Positions 10,039-17,195 of a DNA stretch of 32,774 nt are shown here, piece by piece. The position numbers and the translations under genes were made by a program. The notes under the pieces were generated by a model. That model worked only from the letters and a program-made list of their open reading frames with translations. It searched no databases and was not told the origin of the DNA. Origin of the DNA: Candidatus Doudnabacteria bacterium (GTDB lineage: Bacteria; Patescibacteriota; Doudnabacteria; UBA920); the NCBI GenBank assembly GCA_903913365.1, contig CAIWKW010000060.1:1-32774 (forward strand). Direction: 5' to 3'. Numbering within the stretch: position 1 is the stretch's first letter; each line of letters starts with the position of its first letter.

Positions 10039-11139
10039 TTATGATTTTATCGGCATAACCAGATAAACATAATCCGTTCTACCTTCTGGCACCAAAAGGC
10101 CGGGGGAATTGTCATCTATGGTCTTTATTATAACATTATTCGACTCAATACTTCCCAAGCTTTCCAAAACATAATGATGGTTAAAAGTTATTTCACACCC
10201 GTCCCCGTCAATTTTTGAAGGCAGCTCTACAACGCTTTTTCCCAAATCAGCCGATTCCGCAGTTAGAATTAACTGTTGTTTTTTTCCGGAAAACTCAAAC
10301 TTAATACTGTTTGTATTCCTACTGAATATTGAGGCCGCTCTAAGAGCACTTACCAACTGACTTTTATCTGTGGTGGTAATGGTTTGAAAGTTTGTTGGAA
10401 TTATCTGCTTATAATCAGGGTACGACCCATCAACCAACCTGCTTATTATTTGGGTTTCGTTAAAACTTACCGCTGCTTGAGTTTCGTTAAAAACAATTTC
10501 CAATACACCTTTTTGAAGACCGATAATTCTTGAGATTTCCGTTACTGTTTTTTGGGGTATTATTACCGGGTTAAGTTGTGAATTATTTTTCAGGTCCATT
10601 GTTTTCTCCGCAAGTCTATACCTGTCTGTGGCAGCAACTTTCAGTTCTCCCGGTTTCTCAGAACCCATATAAATTCCGCATATTTCCTGCTGGGTTTGAT
10701 TAGTCGAAGCGGCAAACACCACCTGGTCAATGGTTTTTTTAAATTCTTGGGCATCCAAGCTAATTTTACTACCACCTTCTAATTTTGGGATTAGTGGGAA
10801 CTCTTCCGGTGGTGAGGTTTTTAAGTTGGTGTGATAGTTTTCCGTTTCTATTTTCAGGCTTTCTTTTTCTGTTTCCAGAGTGATATTCTTATTTGGCATG
10901 TTGTTTATAAGGTCGGTAAAGGTTTTGCTTGTAACCGTTGTTTCACCCTCTTCTTCTACCTTACCTCTTATTTGGGTTGTTATTGCCACCTCGAGGTTGG
11001 TTGAAGATATCTTCATCACCCCGTTTTCTGTTTTCAGTAAAATATTTCCCAGAATAGGGAGGGTGTTAGAGGAAGAAATAATTCTTCCTGTTACAGACAA
11101 ACCGTTTTTTAGGTTTTCCTGGGTGCATATTATTTTCAT
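10039..11139 (-). CDS. dnaN: DNA polymerase III beta sliding clamp
   Basis: 366 aa with typical N-terminus MKI.C....L......V..I.S......IL.NILL. Located between dnaA and recF. Confidence 0.95.
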   Translation of the reverse strand: MKIICTQENLKNGLSVTGRIISSSNTLPILGNILLKTENGVMKISSTNLEVAITTQIRGKVEEEGETTVTSKTFTDLINNMPNKNITLETEKESLKIETENYHTNLKTSPPEEFPLIPKLEGGSKISLDAQEFKKTIDQVVFAASTNQTQQEICGIYMGSEKPGELKVAATDRYRLAEKTMDLKNNSQLNPVIIPQKTVTEISRIIGLQKGVLEIVFNETQAAVSFNETQIISRLVDGSYPDYKQIIPTNFQTITTTDKSQLVSALRAASIFSRNTNSIKFEFSGKKQQLILTAESADLGKSVVELPSKIDGDGCEITFNHHYVLESLGSIESNNVIIKTIDDNSPGLLVPEGRTDYVYLVMPIKS

Positions 11140-11330
11140 ATACCTGTTGTTAATAAATTAATTTATATAAAGTCTGTTATTAATATAATAGCTGTTGATT
11201 GGTGGATAAGATAAAAAACAGTTTTATTTAAAGGGTTAATCTTTCTGCTTGTTTGTTGTTTGTTCGGTGTATATCTTTTGGTAAACGGTTTTGTTGTGTG
11301 GTGGTTTTTAGTTTTTCACACAATTTTTAT
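11140..11330. other. dnaA-dnaN intergenic region with DnaA-box-like 9-mers (possible oriC module)
   Basis: ggtggataa at 11201-11209 (reverse complement TTATCCACC, 1 mismatch to TTATCCACA). tttttcaca at 11312-11320 (1 mismatch to TTATNCACA). AT-rich context. Confidence 0.4.
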
Positions 11331-12683
11331 TTAAGTGAACAATTTATCAAGGATTAAATCCACCTCTTGTTTGAACACCTGTTTATCTAATATCATGTTT
11401 TCCACTTTGTCCACAGCGTGCATTACGGTAGTGTGGTCCCTCCCCCCAAAAAAGTCGCCAATTGAGGGAAAAGAATTATCTAACTCTTTTCTGATTAAAT
11501 ACATCGCAATTTGCCTTGGCTTAACAAATTCTTTTTTTCTGGATTGCTTTATTAAATCATCCATGCTGATGTTATAAAATTCAGCCACAGATTCGGCAAT
11601 TTTTTTTATTGAGGTAACGCGTTTTTTTGCGCTGACAATACTGGCAAGAATGGTTTTTGCCTGCTCAAGAACCAACCCTTTGTTTTCCATTTGCTGGTAA
11701 ACTGCCAGGCGGTTCAGGGCTCCCTCAAGTTCTCTGATGTTATTTAAAACATTTTCAGCTATATAAAACAAAATATCTTCGCTTATACTTACCCCTTTTT
11801 TCTCCATTTTATTGCGCAGTATGGCTATTCTGGTTTCCAGATCGGGTGGTTGAATATCGGCTACCATCCCCCATTCAAAGCGGGATATTAACCTTTGCTC
11901 GATAGCCGGAATTTCTTTCGGTGGTCTGTCCGATGTGATGATTATTTGTTTTCCTTTATCGCGGAGTTCGTTGAAAGTGTGAAAAAACTCTTCCTGGAAA
12001 CCTTCTTTGCCGGCCATAAATTGAATATCGTCAATTAATAAGGCGTCGACATTGCGATATTCTTTTTTAAACTCATCCATCTTTTTTTGGGCAATAGCGT
12101 TAACGTAGTCATTGGCGAATTTTTCGCTGGTAACATATAGAATTTTAGCTTTCGGATTGTTTTGCAACAACCCGTGTCCGGCTGCGTGCATTATGTGGGT
12201 TTTACCAAGACCAACCCCGCCGTATATGAAAAGAGGGTTGTATTGTGTTCCTGGGTTTTTGGCAACCGATTGGCTTGCGGCATTGGCCAGTTCATTATTT
12301 TTTCCTATTATAAGCGTATCAAAAGTATATTTTGGGTTTAGCCCTGAACTGGTTTCAAGTAAGCCATTTTTTCCCATTGGTTCTTCTGTTTGTTGTCTGG
12401 GGTTTTGCTTGGTTTGCTGAATATTTACCGGTTTTGAAGCATTCCCAACCTGGTATTTAATTTCTTTTATTTCCGGGGCCAATGATTTTAAGGCTTTTAA
12501 AATTTCGTGGTGGTATTTGGCAGCTATCCAATCTCTGTTGAAAGCACTAGGGACAATAATTGTAATGTGGTCTGAGCCACGTTCCGCAATGCTGGTGTTT
12601 TTGAACCAGGTATTAAAATTAGCTTTGCTTAAAGAAATTTCCATGCTACCTAAAATTGCCTGCCATAACTGTTGATTGTTCAT
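11331..12683 (-). CDS. dnaA: Chromosomal replication initiator DnaA
   Basis: 450 aa with N-terminal LWQ..L......S...F.TW, AAA+ Walker A GGVGLGKTHIMHA, Walker B LLIDDIQF and the C-terminal DnaA-box-binding region (GGRDHTTVMHA). Confidence 0.97.
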   Translation of the reverse strand: MNNQQLWQAILGSMEISLSKANFNTWFKNTSIAERGSDHITIIVPSAFNRDWIAAKYHHEILKALKSLAPEIKEIKYQVGNASKPVNIQQTKQNPRQQTEEPMGKNGLLETSSGLNPKYTFDTLIIGKNNELANAASQSVAKNPGTQYNPLFIYGGVGLGKTHIMHAAGHGLLQNNPKAKILYVTSEKFANDYVNAIAQKKMDEFKKEYRNVDALLIDDIQFMAGKEGFQEEFFHTFNELRDKGKQIIITSDRPPKEIPAIEQRLISRFEWGMVADIQPPDLETRIAILRNKMEKKGVSISEDILFYIAENVLNNIRELEGALNRLAVYQQMENKGLVLEQAKTILASIVSAKKRVTSIKKIAESVAEFYNISMDDLIKQSRKKEFVKPRQIAMYLIRKELDNSFPSIGDFFGGRDHTTVMHAVDKVENMILDKQVFKQEVDLILDKLFT

Positions 12684-13028
12684 TGTGTTTGGTGTTTTTG
12701 ATTAAGTGGTTTTTTATCGGCGCCCCAGCCGGGGGATTTTTTCAAGTTATCAATACTTATTCTAACAGGGACTTATCAACATGTAAATTGATGAAAAATG
12801 AGCTTGTTTAAAAGGTATTATCTTAAGCTTGTTAACAAACTGTGGATAAAGTGTTCCTATGCAACAGACCAATTTTTTTTATTAATTACTGTTGACTATT
12901 TGGGACTTTTTCTTTATAATTATTTAAGATATTTTATAATCCGAATACATAAAAAGGGCAATTCCGGGAATATTTTTTTATATTAACCCGCAAAGCTTTT
13001 TTATATTTGGGAAAGCGGAATTTTTTTT
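12684..13028. other. dnaA-rpmH intergenic region: candidate oriC / dnaA control region
   Basis: Perfect DnaA box tgtggataa at 12841-12849 (reverse complement TTATCCACA). One-mismatch box ttatcaaca at 12773-12781. A/T-rich tract at 12871-12890. Canonical origin gene order. Confidence 0.55.
12892..12920 (+). promoter_or_regulatory. Sigma70-type promoter for the rpmH operon
   Basis: TTGACT (12892-12897), 17-nt spacer, TATAAT (12915-12920). Confidence 0.6.
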
Positions 13029-13163
13029 ATGAAGCGAACTTATCAGCCAAAAACCAAAAAAAGAGTTAGGGTTCACGGTTTTTTAAAGCGTATGCAAAGT
13101 AAAACCGGACGCAATGTTCTTTCTAGGCGCAGAGCAAAGGGCAGAAAAAAGCTAACCGTTTAA
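13029..13163 (+). CDS. rpmH: 50S ribosomal protein L34
   Basis: Below the ORF-track size cutoff. My translation is [44 protein letters not shown], a canonical L34 upstream of rnpA. Confidence 0.95.
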   Translation: MKRTYQPKTKKRVRVHGFLKRMQSKTGRNVLSRRRAKGRKKLTV

Positions 13164-13206
13164 TTTTTGGGCAAACCCTATTTGTATTTAACCCTTTTGC
13201 ATTATT

Positions 13207-13548
13207 ATGCTAAAAAAAATAAATAGATTGTCTAAAAGGGGTGATATTCAAGCGGTTTTTACAAGAGGGAGGATTTTTTTTAATCCTTATTTTAACGTAA
13301 AATCGTTAGCGTCAAAATCAGGGAAGCGTTTCGCGATAGTAATTTCCACAAAAGTATACAAGAAGGCTGTTCTGAGGAACAGACTTAGGAGGGTTCTAAG
13401 GGAGTGCCTTAAAAATAATCTGTTGAATATTAAAAGCGGTGATTATGTTATTATTGCTAAGCCAAAGGTTTCTTCAATAACTGAGACGGAAGCATTAAAG
13501 AACTTTTCATTGGTTTTTTCCAAGGTAATAAATGACAGAAGATATTAA
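13207..13548 (+). CDS. rnpA: Ribonuclease P protein component
   Basis: 113 aa, basic, with LRNRLRRVLRE (RNR motif). Position after rpmH. Confidence 0.9.
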   Translation: MLKKINRLSKRGDIQAVFTRGRIFFNPYFNVKSLASKSGKRFAIVISTKVYKKAVLRNRLRRVLRECLKNNLLNIKSGDYVIIAKPKVSSITETEALKNFSLVFSKVINDRRY

Positions 13549-13819
13549 AAATTTCTTTTCTTTTCTTTGTAGCCTCCCTAAGCGCATGGTGGTTCTTTTA
13601 ATTTTGGCTTATCAGGCAACCCTTTCTCCGGATCATGGCTGGCTAAAAGAAAAATATCCTCACGGATACTGCCGTTTTTATCCTTCTTGCAGTGAATATT
13701 CGAGAATATCAATTAATAAGTTTGGTTTGGCAAAAGGCTTGTTTTTGTCCGTTGCCAGGCTGCTAAGATGCCATCCTTGGGCTGAGCCAAGGGTTGACTC
13801 TGTGCCGGAACGATTTTAA
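13532..13819 (+). CDS. yidD: Membrane protein insertion efficiency factor YidD
   Basis: 95 aa with CRFYPSCSEYS....KFG..KG......RLLRCHPW signature. Overlaps the rnpA end. Confidence 0.9.
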   Translation: MTEDIKNFFSFLCSLPKRMVVLLILAYQATLSPDHGWLKEKYPHGYCRFYPSCSEYSRISINKFGLAKGLFLSVARLLRCHPWAEPRVDSVPERF

Positions 13820-13824
13820 TTCTC

Positions 13825-14550
13825 ATGAATTATCTCTATCTAGTTTATTCAGACCTTATTTACAGGCCAATTCTAAACTTATTGGTATTTTTTTATAATA
13901 TTATTCCCGGCCATGATATTGGGGTTGTCATTATTGTATTGACCGTTGTTATTCGCTTGCTTCTGGCCCCGAGTTTCCATCATTCCCTAAAGAGCCAGAA
14001 AGCGATGAACGATTTGCAACCAAAGCTTAATGAGCTTCGTGAGAAGTATAAGGACAATAAAGAAGCCCAGGCAAAGGCTATGATGGATCTTTACAAAGAG
14101 CATAAAATAAATCCAATGGCTTCCTGTTTGCCGATATTGCTTCAGCTGCCTATTCTTATCGGCTTGTACCAAGCTTTTAGAGTTGCTTTGAATCCTTTAA
14201 TCGATATTAAAATAAGATTGGCCGGTTTATACAGTTTTGTTCATCTTCCGGCAAATATAAATCCAAACTTTTTTAAAATTATTAATTTGTCAAAGCCGAG
14301 CGTAGTTTTGGCTGTATTGGCAGGCGCGGCCCAATTTTGGCAGTCAAAAATGATGATGCCAAAAATTTCCGGGCAGTCGGATGCCACCACCAAAGCCCTT
14401 AGCATGCAGACTACTTACGTTTTGCCGGTGATTAGTATAATCATTGCCTTAAAATTGCCAGCCGGATTGCCGCTTTACTGGATTGTGACCACTTTGTTTG
14501 CCGTGGCCCAGCAATACTATATAATGAGAAATAAAGCAACTAACAACTAG
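13825..14550 (+). CDS. yidC: YidC/Oxa1-family membrane protein insertase (short form)
   Basis: 241 aa with LKSQKAM..LQPKL.ELREKYKDN, NPMASCLPILLQLPI and PAGL.LYW motifs. Confidence 0.9.
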   Translation: MNYLYLVYSDLIYRPILNLLVFFYNIIPGHDIGVVIIVLTVVIRLLLAPSFHHSLKSQKAMNDLQPKLNELREKYKDNKEAQAKAMMDLYKEHKINPMASCLPILLQLPILIGLYQAFRVALNPLIDIKIRLAGLYSFVHLPANINPNFFKIINLSKPSVVLAVLAGAAQFWQSKMMMPKISGQSDATTKALSMQTTYVLPVISIIIALKLPAGLPLYWIVTTLFAVAQQYYIMRNKATNN

Positions 14551-14622
14551 TTGGTAGTAAAGTAGATGGTAGCCAAACTGTTTGGCTAACCACTACCCAC
14601 TACTTCCTACTCCCCTAACGTT

Positions 14623-15105
14623 ATGACCGATTATAACAAGATAGAAATAGTAAAAAACATAATTGCTGAAGTTTTAGAAAAATGCGAGATAAAAGCTTCT
14701 GTGGAGTTTGAAGAAAGCATTACCAAGGGTTTGGTTTTTAATATTAGTACGCCGGACTCCTATCTCTTAATTGGCAGGCAGGGAGCCACACTGCATAGTT
14801 TTCAAATTCTTGTCCAGTCGTTGGCTGTAAAAAAATTAATGGGCCAGCAGGGACAGAGCGAGCCGTTTTGGTTCACAGTTGATGTGGATGATTACAAAAG
14901 AAAGCGCGAATGGTTTTTAAAAGAAACCGCCAAAGCGGCCGTGGACAAAGCCAAAATGACAGGCCGGGCCCAAGCGCTGGAACCCATGCCCAACTACGAA
15001 CGCCGCCTGGTCCACGCTTACTTGCAAGAACATTGTCCGGAAGCGGAAAGCAGCAGTATTGGCGATGACCCTTACAGAAAAGTGATTATCAGAATAAAAA
15101 AGTAG
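14623..15105 (+). CDS. jag: Jag/KhpB-type RNA-binding protein (KH + R3H domains)
   Basis: 160 aa. C-terminal R3H motif region LEPMPNYERRLVHAYLQEH. Position after yidC. Confidence 0.8.
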   Translation: MTDYNKIEIVKNIIAEVLEKCEIKASVEFEESITKGLVFNISTPDSYLLIGRQGATLHSFQILVQSLAVKKLMGQQGQSEPFWFTVDVDDYKRKREWFLKETAKAAVDKAKMTGRAQALEPMPNYERRLVHAYLQEHCPEAESSSIGDDPYRKVIIRIKK

Positions 15106-15124
15106 TTTTACAGCTTTACAGTAA

Positions 15125-15164
15125 ATCTTCTGTAAAAATCACGGCCGTGATTTTTACAGAAGAT
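15125..15164 (+). terminator. Perfect 40-bp palindrome followed by a T-rich tract; terminator of the rpmH-jag operon
   Basis: atcttctgtaaaaatcacgg/ccgtgatttttacagaagat is an exact reverse complement. Downstream sequence is agttttaaccttttttt. Confidence 0.7.
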
Positions 15165-15182
15165 AGTTTTAACCTTTTTTTA

Positions 15183-15218
15183 TTTAAAACCCCTCCAAGT
15201 GAAGCGAGGGGTTTTAAA
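15183..15218. terminator. Second hairpin between convergent genes (bidirectional terminator candidate)
   Basis: tttaaaacccctc (15183-15195) pairs with gaggggttttaaa (15206-15218). A/T runs on both sides. Confidence 0.6.
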
Positions 15219-15239
15219 TTGGTAGTTTATAAAATATTA

Positions 15240-15710
15240 TTAGCGAACAATCATTTTTAAAATTAAGTTTCCCAGAAGCTTGCTGCCGGCAATAATTGCT
15301 ATGGCAACCAACAAGTGTCTTATTATTTGCTGCCAGTGATTTATTTTTTTGCTTTTGGCGATTAAATAACTTAGGATGGCGAGCAAAAGCAAACCCCAGA
15401 CAGAGGAAATAATAAAAGCGGTTAGTGAAGAAAAAGATAAAACAATTAACACAAAAGTAGTCACAAGCAGCAATCTGACAAAAAAATTTCCATATGTAAA
15501 TGAATTAACGTCTCTGTCGGAAGCTCCTTCGGATTCTTTGTATATATGAAGGCCAAGGGTGTCGGAAATGTTATCCGCAACAGCAATAATTAACAGGCCG
15601 GTAACTATGCCTGTCTTGGCAGTATCCCCTTGAGTCAGCCCGGCAATCAATCCCATACTGGTGGTAATTGCCGCTGTGGCGCCAATGCTGAATTTATTTA
15701 TATTTATCAT
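15240..15710 (-). CDS. VIT1/CCC1-like membrane protein (short form)
   Basis: 156 aa, polytopic. GATAAITTSMGLIAG and AVADNISDTLGLHIYKESE resemble VIT-family segments. Confidence 0.45.
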   Translation of the reverse strand: MININKFSIGATAAITTSMGLIAGLTQGDTAKTGIVTGLLIIAVADNISDTLGLHIYKESEGASDRDVNSFTYGNFFVRLLLVTTFVLIVLSFSSLTAFIISSVWGLLLLAILSYLIAKSKKINHWQQIIRHLLVAIAIIAGSKLLGNLILKMIVR

Positions 15711-15767
15711 TTTGAAGATTGTCGATTTTAATTTAAATAATTTTTGCTGATTTTGTCGGCTGAACAG

Positions 15768-17097
15768 TTAATATAAAGCCAGTACTATCCAAAATACCAT
15801 GGCCAAGTCGTTTTTAAAATAGGGATTGTCGACCAGGCCTTGGAAGATAATGGCAATAAGGAAGAGAGCTACGGATAAGGCAATCGTCTTGTGATAATTC
15901 TCAGTTTCGACCTCTCTGTCACTCGGCCGTCGTAAAGATCTCCCGTAGGGAGACACTCGTGACATCCCCCCTTGCCAGTCCTCGACTCTGAGGGACGAGC
16001 CCTCAGGCTCGGACTCGAATGAGGGGAGAAGGGCTCTGGGGCGAAGACCTCGGTAAATAAATATCCAGGCCAGGCCGATAAAACTGATAAGGCCGAGTAG
16101 TCCGGTTTCCACCCAAAAGTCCAAAAAAATATTATGGGGAAAATTGTGGGTGTCGGTAAGACCGGGGTCTGTGTTTAAGGTCTGCCAATTTTTACCAAAG
16201 CCCGTAAGGCCAATGCCAAAGACCGGGTTTTCTTTAATTGCCTTAATCCCCGTGTCCCAGAGTGAGAAGCGGGAGACAGCCGATTTTTTCGCCGTACAGG
16301 GGCAAAAGGAAGCGCCAGCGGAGGTTTGGCACGGAGACAATAACAATAACTATAACAATAACCGATGCGAAGAAAATTTTTCTAATTTTTTTGTCAGCGG
16401 CAACAATTAAGTAGATTCCCATGGCCGCGGCGAGCCCGAGCCAGCCGGCGCGTGACAGGGAAAGGAGAAGGCCAGCACCGCCGAGAAGCCAAAGAATAAT
16501 TTTAAAACATTTAACCTTTGATATTTGACCTTTGACAGATTGCGTCAAATCAGGAATCAAAAAGGCCAAGAGAGGAGCGCACCACAGGGCATAAAAATTT
16601 GGGTGAATGAAAAAGCTTAAGGCGCGTTTTGGTTCGTCGCTGTTGCCCCACCAGGCTGGTGGCAATCCGAGCAGGGTAAAGTACTGCAGCGCTCCGTAAA
16701 TGCCGGCAAGGGCAAGTAGCAAGTAGCAAGTGTTAAGTAGCAAGGTTTTAGATTTTGGGCTTTTATGGAAAACAAAGTTTGCAATAAAAAACAGGGAAAT
16801 GGGCTGGAGGAATAAAACAATGAATTGTCCTAGATTGGCACGATCCGCTCCCCCGGCAAATAGCCCCACAAGGCCGGATAAAAAAAATAAAACGATGAAA
16901 AACAGAACTTTTTTATCAAGGGTTTTTATTAATCTGAAAAATTCTGGTAACTGTTTTTTTACCAGCAGAAAAATAAAAAATATTAGCCAGACAAAAAAGA
17001 CCCAGAGCATTAATACATCTGCCGGTAAATGCAAAACACTAAGCTTAAAAACATAAGCCGGGGTCAGAATAAAAGTCAGCAAAACTAAGTATTGCAT
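15768..17097 (-). pseudogene. O-antigen ligase / Wzy_C-like polytopic membrane protein, interrupted by a +1 frameshift (track ORFs 16243..17097 and 15768..16346)
   Basis: The upstream ORF carries LSLSRAGWLGLAAAMG (Wzy_C-like). The downstream ORF carries SRFSLWDTGIKAIKENPVFGIGLTGFG...HNIFLDFWVETGLLGL, the typical ligase C-terminus. Removing one A from the A6 run (T6 on + strand, 16284-16289) joins them as ...LLPLYGEKSAVSRFSLWD.... Confidence 0.7.
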
Positions 17098-17195
17098 ACG
17101 TAATAGATATTAATTGATATTGGGATATTAAGATATTGTTTGTGGCGACCAGTTTCAATTAATATCTATAATATCCATCAATATCGAGATTTTGG

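Noticed and set aside
12723-12742. cccc-agcc-gggg hairpin plus T-run as a terminator
   Set aside because: It has only a 4-bp stem, and there is no upstream + strand gene to terminate.
12798-12986. 62-aa ORF in the dnaA-rpmH intergenic region
   Set aside because: It is an AT-rich low-complexity translation spanning the perfect DnaA box and the rpmH promoter. The region is better explained as origin/regulatory DNA.
16617-17056. ORFs 16617..16820 (-) and 16730..17056 (+) inside the ligase-like gene
   Set aside because: They are shadow ORFs within a polytopic membrane-protein frame.
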